This document shows, piece after piece, positions 1 through 9,507 of a stretch of DNA of 64,000 nt. Each line of letters starts with the position of its first letter. The stretch's first letter is position 1. The stretch covers positions 37,616-101,615 of IMG/VR virus record IMGVR_UViG_3300009508_000001, one strand, 5' to 3'. Both the position numbers and the translations under genes were made by a program. The notes beneath the pieces were generated by a model that was not told where the DNA came from, did not search any database, and saw only the letters and a program-made list of their open reading frames with translations. Source of the stretch: a virus (lineage: Duplodnaviria > Caudoviricetes).

Positions 1-27
1 CCCGCTATATATTTAGTGGGCTTTTTG
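1..27 (+). terminator. Probable intrinsic terminator (left arm at window edge)
   Basis: CCCGCTA-tatatt-TAGTGGG stem followed by CTTTTT. Confidence 0.6.
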
Positions 28-52
28 TTAGACTTTTCAAAAAAATGTAAAT

Positions 53-274
53 ATGAATTTAAAACACTTAAAATTAGATAATTCTAAAGAAATTTCTATT
101 TTAGAAAAAAAACAAAAAGTAATTCCTTTAAATGCTCATGTAGGAAGTGAAGATGATGATGCATTATATGATTATTATAATGAAGCATTTGGTTGTGGAT
201 ATTATCCAATGTCTCAACAATCATTTCCTCATTCTTTAGATAACGAGAATAATTCTAGACATCCTATTGACTAA
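53..274 (+). CDS. Small acidic hypothetical protein
   Basis: 73-aa ORF with A-rich leader, co-oriented with polB; no motif recognised. Confidence 0.55.
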   Translation: MNLKHLKLDNSKEISILEKKQKVIPLNAHVGSEDDDALYDYYNEAFGCGYYPMSQQSFPHSLDNENNSRHPID

Positions 275-295
275 TCTTCTAAAAAAAGAAGATAT

Positions 296-2437
296 GTGAA
301 TGAAATTAAAAAAACAAGAAATTTATATGTTTATGATTTAGAAACATATCCTAATTTCTTTTTAGCTACATTTAAGAATGTAGATAATAAAAACTTTTAT
401 AGATTTGAGATATCAGATAGGAAATCTGATATAACATCTTTATATGATTTTCTAAATCAAAAAGACCTATTATTAATAGGTTTTAATAACGTAAACTTTG
501 ATTATCCAGTATTACATAACACAATATTAAAATATAAGCGTAAATGGACTGCAAAAGCTATTTACAACGCTGTAGAAGAGATAATTCAAGCTGAGTATTC
601 ATCTATTCCTGATAAATGGACTAAAATACCTCAACTAGATTTATATCGTATATGGCATTATGATAATAAAAACAAAAGAACTAGTCTTAAATGGTTAGAA
701 TTTGCTATGAGATTAGAGAATGTTGAAGATTTACCTTATGAACCAGGTACTATACTTACATATTCTCAAATGGATCATATTATTGAATATTGTGATAATG
801 ATATTAATGCAACAGAAAAGTTTTATGAATTAAGTACTAAGCACATAGAAATTAGAAAATTTTATACTAAACTAGAAGGTATAAATCTTATTAATGCTTC
901 AGAGACAAAAATAGCTAAAGAAATATTTGCTAAATATCTATCTAAAGATATGAATGTAAGTGTATGGGATTTAAAACAAATGAGAACTAAACGTTCTTAT
1001 ATCCCTATCAAAGATATTATATTTCCTTATATTAAGTTTAAACATAAACAAAATATTAAAATGTTAGATTATTTTAAATCTATACATTGGAGATCTACTG
1101 AAGAAGGTTTTAGTACTAAAATAAGCCATTCTAATGAGTATTTAAATGTTAAACGTGAATATGGTGAAGGAGGTTTACATTCATTTGGTAAAGCTGGTAT
1201 ATATGAATCTAATGATGAATATATTGTATATGATGTAGATTTTGCATCATACTACCCTCATCTATCATTTGTTAATGGTTTACATCCTGAACATATTCCT
1301 GAAAAAATATTTAGTACAAAATATAAAGGTTTTTATACTGAAAGACAAAACTATCCTAAAAGTAATCCTATTAATTATGTATTAAAAATTATATTGAATA
1401 GTGCTTATGGTCTTAGTAAAGATAAATATGCTTATTTATATGATCCTAAATGGCAACTTGCTATTACTATTAATGGTCAGTTACTTTTAACAATGCTTAC
1501 AGAATGGATTGTAGATGCTACATCTTACTGTAAAATATGTTTTGAAAATACTGATGGTGCTTCTTATATTATTAAAAAGTCTGAAAAACATTTAGTTGAT
1601 AAAGTTCTTAAAGAAATGGAACAATTATCAGGTATAGGTTTAGAAGCTCAAACATATAAGAAACTTATAATGAGAGATGTAAATAATTATATGTCTATTG
1701 ATTTGCAAAATAAAGTTAAATTTAAAGGTGCTTTTGAAATAGATAGAGATTTTCATAAAAATCATTCTAAAAGAATAGTAGCTATTGCAGTAGCTAATTA
1801 TTTTATTAACAATATTAGTCCTGAAATGACAATTAAGAATCATCTTAAAGGTTGGGATTATGATTTTGCTAAGAACTATGGTATCTATGATTTTTGTATA
1901 GGCGCTAAAATGACTGGTAAAAATAAACTTTATAAAAGAAACTGGATAAAAAAAATACCACATTATAATGATGATTTTAAAATAAATTATATTATAAATA
2001 AAGGTTATTCCAGATATTATAATAATACGTATTTACCTCCTAATAGAGAAGGTATGTATGCGATGAGTTTAAATCAAGCTTTCAATAGAGAGTTTAGATT
2101 TAAACCATATATAAAAGATATTAAACTTTATAAAGTTACAAGATATTATGTATCTAATAATGGTTCAGAGTTGATTAAAAAGCTCCCACCGCTGGAAAAG
2201 AATTATCTTACTAATACAGAAAAGATAAAACAATCAACTCCTAATCAAACAGATATATTTGATATTATAGAAGATATTAAAGTAGATCCTAAACATAGAG
2301 AAACTAATATTGAAGCAGGATGGTTATGTACAGTATTTAACAAATACGTTGCAAAAAAAGAAGAATCTTATGATATTAATTATAAATATTATATAAAAGA
2401 AGTTTATAAAATTATTAATAAAATACAATATGAGTAA
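296..2437 (+). CDS. polB: Family B DNA polymerase (crAss-like)
   Basis: Exo I YDLETY, Exo II GFNNVNFD, Exo III YCDND; polymerase motifs DVDFASYYP, KIILNSAYG, NTDG. Confidence 0.93.
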   Translation: MNEIKKTRNLYVYDLETYPNFFLATFKNVDNKNFYRFEISDRKSDITSLYDFLNQKDLLLIGFNNVNFDYPVLHNTILKYKRKWTAKAIYNAVEEIIQAEYSSIPDKWTKIPQLDLYRIWHYDNKNKRTSLKWLEFAMRLENVEDLPYEPGTILTYSQMDHIIEYCDNDINATEKFYELSTKHIEIRKFYTKLEGINLINASETKIAKEIFAKYLSKDMNVSVWDLKQMRTKRSYIPIKDIIFPYIKFKHKQNIKMLDYFKSIHWRSTEEGFSTKISHSNEYLNVKREYGEGGLHSFGKAGIYESNDEYIVYDVDFASYYPHLSFVNGLHPEHIPEKIFSTKYKGFYTERQNYPKSNPINYVLKIILNSAYGLSKDKYAYLYDPKWQLAITINGQLLLTMLTEWIVDATSYCKICFENTDGASYIIKKSEKHLVDKVLKEMEQLSGIGLEAQTYKKLIMRDVNNYMSIDLQNKVKFKGAFEIDRDFHKNHSKRIVAIAVANYFINNISPEMTIKNHLKGWDYDFAKNYGIYDFCIGAKMTGKNKLYKRNWIKKIPHYNDDFKINYIINKGYSRYYNNTYLPPNREGMYAMSLNQAFNREFRFKPYIKDIKLYKVTRYYVSNNGSELIKKLPPLEKNYLTNTEKIKQSTPNQTDIFDIIEDIKVDPKHRETNIEAGWLCTVFNKYVAKKEESYDINYKYYIKEVYKIINKIQYE

Positions 2438-2585
2438 ATCACACTGTCCTATTTGCCTTGGTGCAAAAACTGAAATGAAAGAAGTTAAAGGACGTTTAAA
2501 ATATGTAGAGTGTAATGTATGTGATGAAAATGGAGAAGTAGAAGACTCTATGTTTGAACATTATGATGATGAAGAATTAGTATAA
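2430..2585 (+). CDS. 51-aa zinc-finger protein (DnaJ-type CxxCxG...CxxCxxxG), not in ORF track
   Basis: ATG 2430 overlaps the end of polB; MSKSHCPICLGAK...ECNVCDENGEV...EELV*. Confidence 0.7.
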   Translation: MSKSHCPICLGAKTEMKEVKGRLKYVECNVCDENGEVEDSMFEHYDDEELV

Positions 2586-2595
2586 AAAATTAAAT

Positions 2596-3234
2596 ATGAT
2601 AATTAAGAAGAGTATAATTATAGACATTAAATGTTTAACTATTACTCCACTAAATTTAAATCATATATTAACTCTATTAAAAGTACAATTTTATTTAGAT
2701 AAAGATTTGTTAAACTACGAAGTTAGACAAGAAGATCTAGATTATTTAACATTAAATAAATATATATTATTATTTGATGAGAAAATTAAAGGACAAAAAT
2801 ATTATTTACGTGAAAAAGGAAAAGTTACACTAAATAAAATTGTACAAATAGAGAGTAAAGATTACGATGAAAATAAGTTAGTTCTTAAAGATAAATCTAA
2901 TAAAGATAAGATAGAAGATTATGAAGCATTTGTAAATAAATTTAGAAGTTTATTTAAAGACTTAAGAATAGGTTCTATGGGTAATTTAAAAGCTGTAAAA
3001 GATAAGCTTAAAAGATGGATGAAAGATAATCCTGAGATTACTAAAAAAGAAATACTTAATGCTACAAATAGTTATATCGAATCTTTAAAAGGAGATTATA
3101 GATTTCTTCAAAGAGCAGATTACTTCATATATAAACAAAATCAAAGAAAAGAAGAGAGTTCTAGATTAAGTTTATTTATAGAAGAAGAACAAAAAGAAGT
3201 TGTTAATTCAGATTGGACAACTTCATTAACATAA
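2596..3234 (+). CDS. Hypothetical protein directly upstream of dnaB (possible replication initiator or loader)
   Basis: 212-aa ORF; function inferred from position only. Confidence 0.6.
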   Translation: MIIKKSIIIDIKCLTITPLNLNHILTLLKVQFYLDKDLLNYEVRQEDLDYLTLNKYILLFDEKIKGQKYYLREKGKVTLNKIVQIESKDYDENKLVLKDKSNKDKIEDYEAFVNKFRSLFKDLRIGSMGNLKAVKDKLKRWMKDNPEITKKEILNATNSYIESLKGDYRFLQRADYFIYKQNQRKEESSRLSLFIEEEQKEVVNSDWTTSLT

Positions 3235-3248
3235 AAAAATAAAAATAA

Positions 3249-3422
3249 ATGAGTAACGATAATTTATTTGATAGAGTACGTAGAGACTTATTAAAAAGAA
3301 GAGAGAGATCCCTTTCAGGTAAATTAAATTGTATACCATTCAAATTACCAAGATTCAGTAATGAACTTCCTGGTATTGAACAGGGTACATATAGTATAGT
3401 TACAGCAAACAGTAAAGTTGGT
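3249..3422 (+). CDS. dnaB: DnaB-like replicative helicase, exon 1 (58 codons)
   Basis: ATG 3249: MSNDNLFDRVRR...GKLNCIPFKLPRFSNELPGIEQGTYSIVTANSKVG; ends inside Walker A at GGT; missed by ORF track. Confidence 0.88.
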
Positions 3423-3491
3423 AAATGATTTGCCCCTCTATATAGTAATATATAGTTGAATTCCGAATTATTTAGTTTAAAAATAAAGTTG

Positions 3492-4265
3492 ATGAGAATA
3501 TATAGATACCAATTATCAAAAGATGGTAAAAAAAGCAATAGTGAAAGTTATAATGTAAATAAAAGAACATTAGATTGTGCAGATTATTTTACACAATATA
3601 CTAATAATAGTATTAAATTTAATACATTAGAAGTTGATGATACAGAATTTTTTATTAAAAATCCTAAGTTAAAAGATATAATAGAAAAATTACAAGGTAC
3701 TTTTATAAATGATTATATAGTACAATTTGATGCTAAATATAAAGCAATATTTGCTTTTAGAATAATTAGACTTTCAAATAGTAATTTAAAAAAAAGATTA
3801 GAATTATTATATGACATAATTGAAAGATCTAATTTAGGTATATTTCAAGCTATTCAGTTATCTGAAGTTCTTAGTAAAATTAGAAGATTTAATTGTAATT
3901 ATTCATTAATGAGTAATTATTCAAAATTAATTAATGTAAGTAATAATATATATGATGCTACTAAAAGAAGAACTATTCAAAATATAAAAGATTATAATAG
4001 ACCTTATCAACAAGCAAATTATAAAGCTATATTTTCTTCTGAAAAAGAATATTTGGATAAATATAATAAAGGTTTTATATATTGTAATAGTTCTGGTTCA
4101 AATAGCCTTTATTCATTAAAACTAAAAACTTCAAAATTAAAAAATGAACAAGAAGTTAATGAATATTTTGATAATAAAATTTTAAGAGCTAAAAAACAAT
4201 TAAAAATATCTAAATTTAAGAGATATGGTACAATGTATAATGCTCTAGCAAAATTAGAAGAATAA
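3492..4265 (+). CDS. Intron-nested hypothetical protein (about 257 aa) between P3 and P4 of the dnaB intron
   Basis: Long ORF, likely ATG 3492; no GIY-YIG, HNH or LAGLIDADG motif seen. Confidence 0.75.
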   Translation: MRIYRYQLSKDGKKSNSESYNVNKRTLDCADYFTQYTNNSIKFNTLEVDDTEFFIKNPKLKDIIEKLQGTFINDYIVQFDAKYKAIFAFRIIRLSNSNLKKRLELLYDIIERSNLGIFQAIQLSEVLSKIRRFNCNYSLMSNYSKLINVSNNIYDATKRRTIQNIKDYNRPYQQANYKAIFSSEKEYLDKYNKGFIYCNSSGSNSLYSLKLKTSKLKNEQEVNEYFDNKILRAKKQLKISKFKRYGTMYNALAKLEE

Positions 4266-4348
4266 TAACTAAAATAAACTAAATATGATAATATACATAA
4301 AAAATAATAGTATATTATTAAACGGGGAAACCCATTAAAATAAGAATT

Positions 4349-4558
4349 ATGTGTAAATGTAATAATGGCAATCCCGTGCCGTCACTTGATAGTATTAAAA
4401 ATGAATCTATAAATTATATAAAAAATAAGAATCTTGAAAGAAAAGACGCTTTAATAATTACAGATTTTATTAAACATATATTACAAAACGGTGTAGAGAC
4501 TAACAAGGAATATCCTGAACTAACTGTGTCTGGAAAAAGACGTGAATTAGTAGGATAA
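4349..4558 (+). CDS. Possible 69-aa ORF overlapping the catalytic core of the dnaB intron
   Basis: ATG in L5 after leader TAAGAATT; frame open through Q, P6, R and P8; stop at J8/7. Confidence 0.35.
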   Translation: MCKCNNGNPVPSLDSIKNESINYIKNKNLERKDALIITDFIKHILQNGVETNKEYPELTVSGKRRELVG

Positions 4559-4618
4559 TGAGATAGTCCGAACTATAAAAATAAAATAATTAAAAATTAA
4601 ATTAAAACTAAATTAAAG

Positions 4619-5293
4619 ATGAAACAAGTAGTATGTATTAATCCAAAGAGATATAGACTAACACAAGGTGGTGAATACACAGTTGCTAATAACCCTGTAA
4701 GAGGTTTTTACAACGTAGAAAATGATAATGGTAGTATAAGACGTTATTCAGCAGAACTATTCAGAGATGTACCTAATGAAGATACAGCAGATGTAGCTTT
4801 AAATACATTAAGAATAACTAGAACTGAAGCTGGAGTTATATCAATTAGCATTACAGTTGACAATCAAAATTATTCAACACAAACTTCAGAAACATTAGGT
4901 AGAATTACTTGTAGTTGTGGTATTCATAGTATAAATGCTATAACAACAATGTTAAATTTCGTACAAACTTTACCTGATAGACAAGATCTTAGGGTTAGAG
5001 TATTAGCTAGATTTATTCAATATTGTACTCAAGTAAGAGATATTGGAGCTATGTTAATTAGTACAAATATTAATTGTGCTAACTATGCTTATTTACCTCA
5101 AGCTGTTGCTCATTTAAGACAAAATGGTTTTATTATAAATGAAACTTTTGTAGATAATCCTAATTCAGGTAATACAATAGTAATTTATACAGTAGTTGTA
5201 ACACCTGTAGAAGGTGTAGATTATGATGAGTTAGAAGAAGAAGACGATGTTGAAGATATTGTTGATTTAGCTCAATTGGAAGAAGACCACTAA
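4619..5293 (+). CDS. Intron-nested hypothetical protein (224 aa) in the P9 loop of the dnaB intron
   Basis: A-rich leader; N-terminal VVCIN..LT.G.EY.V..Y.V.ND.G small beta domain; TCSCG; acidic tail; no homing-nuclease motif. Confidence 0.8.
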   Translation: MKQVVCINPKRYRLTQGGEYTVANNPVRGFYNVENDNGSIRRYSAELFRDVPNEDTADVALNTLRITRTEAGVISISITVDNQNYSTQTSETLGRITCSCGIHSINAITTMLNFVQTLPDRQDLRVRVLARFIQYCTQVRDIGAMLISTNINCANYAYLPQAVAHLRQNGFIINETFVDNPNSGNTIVIYTVVVTPVEGVDYDELEEEDDVEDIVDLAQLEEDH

Positions 5294-5368
5294 TTTTTTA
5301 ATTATATTAAATTATAGAGTATAGCAGAAATGACTATACCGCCAGATAAAACTGGTAGTAACAAATAG

Positions 5369-6322
5369 AAATCACAAGCTTGCGATTGGTTGTATATGTA
5401 CAATCCAATTGACTATATTATAAACAATAAAACTAATATTAAACTTAAAATATTTTATTTCTCATTAGAGATGTCTAAAGAACAAAAACTTAGACAATCT
5501 ATATGTAATTATTTATATGTAAAATCTAAAGGTAAATATAAAATAGATCCAAAAAATCTAAGGAGTGTAAAAAATCCTGTAAGTGAAGAAATACTAAATG
5601 AAGTAGAAGGTTCTAAAGAACATTTTGATAAGTTTCAAGAAGTGGTAACATTTATTGATAATATTAAAAATCCTACTGGTATTTACAAATTTATGCGTAA
5701 CTACGCTAGAGCAAATGGTACTATTCATATGACCACTAAGACTTTTAAAGATAATAAGACTGGTGAAAAATATGAAAATGAAATATTTAATTATTATGAA
5801 CCTAATGACCCTGATGAATATGTTATAATGATCATTGATCACGTATCATTATTGCATCAGGAACAAGGTATGACATTACATCAAACTATAACTAAGTTAT
5901 CTTCTAATTATTTAGTAGAACTTAGAAATAGATATAATTTTATACCTGTAGTAATACAACAACAATCAGCAGCTCAAGAATCAGTTGAAAATATGAAAGC
6001 TAATCGTCTTAAACCTAGTTTAGATGGTCTTGCAGATAATAAATTAACTGCTAGAGATGCTGATGTTGTATTAGGTTTATTTAGCCCTTATAGACATAAA
6101 ATAAAAACATATCCTGAAAAGGATGGCTATAACATAATGTATTTTAAAGATAATATTAGGTTTTTAGAAGTATTAGCTTCACGTGAAGGAGGAGGAAATA
6201 GTATATGTCCATTATATTTTGATGGCGCTGTAAACTTTTTTAAAGAACTTCCTTTACCTACTAATATTCCTGAAATGAATAAGATTAAAAATTTTATAAA
6301 AAATGAAAGAGAAAGAACCTAA
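5369..6322 (+). CDS. dnaB: DnaB-like replicative helicase, exon 2 (spliced product about 375 aa)
   Basis: KSQACDWLY after the terminal G; FYFSLEM, Walker B IMIIDHVSLL, VIQQQ, RDADVVLGLFSP, ASREG motifs. Confidence 0.92.
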   Translation, partial: KSQACDWLYMYNPIDYIINNKTNIKLKIFYFSLEMSKEQKLRQSICNYLYVKSKGKYKIDPKNLRSVKNPVSEEILNEVEGSKEHFDKFQEVVTFIDNIKNPTGIYKFMRNYARANGTIHMTTKTFKDNKTGEKYENEIFNYYEPNDPDEYVIMIIDHVSLLHQEQGMTLHQTITKLSSNYLVELRNRYNFIPVVIQQQSAAQESVENMKANRLKPSLDGLADNKLTARDADVVLGLFSPYRHKIKTYPEKDGYNIMYFKDNIRFLEVLASREGGGNSICPLYFDGAVNFFKELPLPTNIPEMNKIKNFIKNERERT

Positions 6323-7064
6323 AAATATAGGCAATTTAAAAGATATTTTAAATAAAAATATCAATAAAGAACTTTTTGAAAGAGAAGATCATGATGAATT
6401 AATTAATGATTATAATGATGAAGGTACAGATGGTGTATATTCACCAATTTTAGAAATTATAAATAATGTTTTTGAAAATTTTGTAAAAAAATCTAGAGAA
6501 CAAAAGTATTTTTTTAAAATGAATAGAAATTCAAATGGTCATAATGTAGCTGGTCATATGTTTTCTATAGATAAACTAGACAAAAGAGATAGATGGACTT
6601 TTGAAGTGTTTATTAACGATTCTGGTAAATTAGAAATAGCACTTATGTCTAATAGTGATTATAACACTGTTAATTTCACATATAGTAGACTTCAAGTAGA
6701 TAATAAATCAGGTTTGTATTCTAGAATGTTAATGACAGCTAGAAAAAGTAATTCTGTTAGAATTGATGATATTAGCTTATATAAAGTAATAGGTGAAAAT
6801 ATTATCGAAATAGAAGTGCTTTCTGAAAAAAAGAAAGAATTAGATCAAATTTTGAAAGATCAACTTGAGGAATTAAATAACATAAAAGAATTAATTGGAA
6901 ATGTAGTTTATATGATTGATTTTATGGAAAAATCTAAAACTACTATTGATACATTATCTAATATTAAAAGTAATATGATCCTTGAATCAATGAATGAATC
7001 TAAAGAAGATTCTACAGTAGATTTGAAAACTACAATTAATGAAATAATTAACTTAGAACTATAA
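6303..7064 (+). CDS. Hypothetical protein
   Basis: 253-aa ORF overlapping dnaB end. Confidence 0.7.
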   Translation: MKEKEPKNIGNLKDILNKNINKELFEREDHDELINDYNDEGTDGVYSPILEIINNVFENFVKKSREQKYFFKMNRNSNGHNVAGHMFSIDKLDKRDRWTFEVFINDSGKLEIALMSNSDYNTVNFTYSRLQVDNKSGLYSRMLMTARKSNSVRIDDISLYKVIGENIIEIEVLSEKKKELDQILKDQLEELNNIKELIGNVVYMIDFMEKSKTTIDTLSNIKSNMILESMNESKEDSTVDLKTTINEIINLEL

Positions 7065-7066
7065 TT

Positions 7067-7462
7067 ATGTTTAAGAATCTCTTAAAAGAATTAAAACCTG
7101 TTATACCAAGATTAGAAAGTAATCTTTTTGACAAAGATACTGTTTTTAATAATGAAGAAATACTTAATAGAGGTATATATAAAGAATCTTTACAGGAAGA
7201 TTTAGATGGTATTGTATTAACAAAAGAATTTATATCTTCAGATAAAACTTTTAGTAAAATTCAAATTACTAAAATGGATAAATCTTCTTTTTTTATTCAA
7301 GTAAATCATGATTTAATTAATTTACCTGAAGCTAGGAAAGAAATTGCATGTATTAAATCTAAAATAAATGATTTAGTAGAAGAAAATAAATTTGAAGAAT
7401 GTACTATTTTAAGAGATAAAATGTATATTTTAAATAAAATAGTAGAAATAAAAACAACATAA
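7067..7462 (+). CDS. Hypothetical protein with C-terminal UvrB/UvrC-like (UVR) motif
   Basis: LVEENKFEECTILRDKM resembles the UVR coiled motif. Confidence 0.55.
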   Translation: MFKNLLKELKPVIPRLESNLFDKDTVFNNEEILNRGIYKESLQEDLDGIVLTKEFISSDKTFSKIQITKMDKSSFFIQVNHDLINLPEARKEIACIKSKINDLVEENKFEECTILRDKMYILNKIVEIKTT

Positions 7463-8290
7463 ATGGCAAAAATAGATTATGAATATAAAAAATTATTACA
7501 ACACATCTTAGATGAAGGATATAGATATGAAGATCCTAATCGTAAAGGTGTATATAGGCGTCAAATATCAGATTATAAGATTGTACACGATTTTAGAGAT
7601 GGTTTTCCTGCGCTAACTACTAAAAAGTTAGCGTGGAAATCTGTTGTAGGAGAGTTATTGTGGATTTTAAGAGGAGATACTAATATTAAATATCTTGTAG
7701 ATAATGATATTAATATTTGGAATAAAGATACTTATAATTATTATTTAAGTAAAGGTGAAGGTAAATTTGGAATTAAACCTTATGATGAGTTTATTAAAAA
7801 AATAGGTGTAGAAAGAAATATTTCAAATAATAAAAACTATAATTTTGGAGATATAGGTAGAGGTTATGGTGCTCAATTGAGAAATTGGAGAGGTTCTAGT
7901 GAAGTAGATAATGGTCCAGAGTTTAATACTATAGACCAATTTGCAGAACTTATAAACATTCTTAAAACTAATCCAATGGCTACTAAGAAGACAGTAACAT
8001 TCTGGAATCCAGCAGAGAAAGATCAATGTGCTTTAACACCTTGTCATTGGAGTTTTGAAGTATTGGTTGAACCTATTGAATTTGATTATGTTGCTGATTA
8101 TACAGGACTTAAAGAAAATGATTGGTTTGAAAAAGCTTGTAAAAATTTAGAACATAAAGATGTTATAAAATGTGAAAATAAATATTATCAAATATTTTTT
8201 GGACCAGAACATGATTCTTGTGAAGAGTTTATACCTAAATATCAATTCACTTTAAAATGGCATCAACATAGTGTGGATACATTCCTCGGT
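7463..8290 (+). CDS. thyA: Thymidylate synthase, exon 1
   Basis: GFPALTTKKLAWKSVVGELLW, YGAQLRNW, catalytic LTPCH, SVDTFLG. Confidence 0.93.
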
Positions 8291-8410
8291 AGGTAGTAAG
8301 CTGAGGTTAAAACTAGTTAAACGGGGAAACTCCTAATATTAAGTTAAGGACAATCCCGTGCTAAATTTTTTTATATAATAAATATTATTATAAAATAATG
8401 AGTAAATAAC

Positions 8411-8441
8411 TTGCAATATAGGTAACTATTTTGTATATTTG
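8411..8441 (+). promoter_or_regulatory. Bacteroidota sigma70-type promoter for the intron endonuclease
   Basis: TTG-N20-TATATTTG matches the -33/-7 TAnnTTTG consensus. Confidence 0.7.
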
Positions 8442-8456
8442 TAGAAATACAAATTT

Positions 8457-9140
8457 ATGAAAGGTTATATTTACAAAATTACAAATTTAAATACCAATAA
8501 ATATTATATTGGTAGTACAGTTGATTTTAAAACAAGAAAAAAACAACATTTATGGCATTTAAGAGCTAATAAACATGTAAATAAACATTTACAGAGTTCT
8601 TATAATAAACATGGTGAAGAATTTTTTGAATTTAAAATAATAGCTGAAGTTAATAATATTAAAGAAACTGAACAAGAGTTTCTAGATAATTTAGATTTTA
8701 CAAAATCTTATAATATATCACCAAATTCTGTTGGTGGAGATATAATAAAAACATTTCCATTAAAAAGACAAAAAGAAGTTTATAAAAAAATATCAGAAAG
8801 TAGAAAAGGTAGTTTACCTGGAAATGCTATTTCTGTTAATATAAATGGTGAAATATTTAATTCTTTTAATAAAGCCTCAATTGCTTTAAATTTACCAGTT
8901 ACAACTATTAGATATAGATGTAAATCATTAAATAGTAAATTTAGAAATTGGAACATTATAGGAGAAGAAAAAGATGAAAATAAACTGTATAAAGAAGGTA
9001 TTAATCAAGGTCATATAATTATATGTGAACAAAAAGAATTTCCTTCTTATGCAGAAGCAGCAAGATATTATAATATGTCTATAACTGCTATTCAAAATAG
9101 AGTAAAATCCAAAAATTATCCACAATTTTATAAAAAATAA
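8457..9140 (+). CDS. GIY-YIG homing endonuclease in the P6 loop of the thyA intron
   Basis: GYIYKITN...YYIGST...RKKQH...H.N..LQ.SYNKHG; two C-terminal NUMOD/HTH-like repeats. Confidence 0.9.
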   Translation: MKGYIYKITNLNTNKYYIGSTVDFKTRKKQHLWHLRANKHVNKHLQSSYNKHGEEFFEFKIIAEVNNIKETEQEFLDNLDFTKSYNISPNSVGGDIIKTFPLKRQKEVYKKISESRKGSLPGNAISVNINGEIFNSFNKASIALNLPVTTIRYRCKSLNSKFRNWNIIGEEKDENKLYKEGINQGHIIICEQKEFPSYAEAARYYNMSITAIQNRVKSKNYPQFYKK

Positions 9141-9270
9141 ATGCCGAACGACTATCCCTTATGGGAGTACAATCAAGTGATTGGAAACGCTAGTCCTCAG
9201 AAATGAGTGAAGATATAGTCTAATCTGCATAGTAATATGCAGCAGTTTAATTAATAAAAAATAAAAAATT

Positions 9271-9507
9271 ATGCAAAATTTATATTATGTAGTAGAAAAA
9301 CATCTACAGCAAATTGATTTAGAAGAAAATATAGAAGAAACTACAGGTTGGAAAACAATAACAGTTTATGATATAGATACTCAAGCTATGAATTTAATAG
9401 AAGTGTGTCAAATAGAAGCTAAAACTGAAACTAATTCTGAAGAGGAAATTTATATTTATTTAGAAAACAACAATGATGAAAATGAGTATAATTTAATAGA
9501 ATTATAA
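9271..9507 (+). CDS. Intron-nested 78-aa highly acidic protein in the P9.1 loop of the thyA intron
   Basis: A-rich leader; 19 D/E versus 3 K and 0 R; flanked by GTTTAATTA/TAATTAAAC stem. Confidence 0.75.
   Translation: MQNLYYVVEKHLQQIDLEENIEETTGWKTITVYDIDTQAMNLIEVCQIEAKTETNSEEEIYIYLENNNDENEYNLIEL

Larger units (their letters stand above)
3423..5368 (+). mobile_element. Group I intron in dnaB Walker A (1946 nt) containing three ORFs
   Basis: 5' exon ends in U, intron ends in G5368; IGS UGAUUUGCC (3426-3434) pairs with GGU|AAAUCA; P2 CUAUAUA-GUAA-UAUAUAG; P CGGGGAA 4323, Q AAUCCCGUGCC 4370, R GUAGAGACUA 4493, S AAUGAGAUAGUCC 4557; splicing restores TANSKVG|KSQ. Confidence 0.92.

Noticed and set aside
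3249-6322. dnaB as a pseudogene, intein-containing gene or two-subunit split gene
   Set aside because: In-frame stops rule out an intein; group I core elements and exact IGS pairing restore an intact GKS motif.
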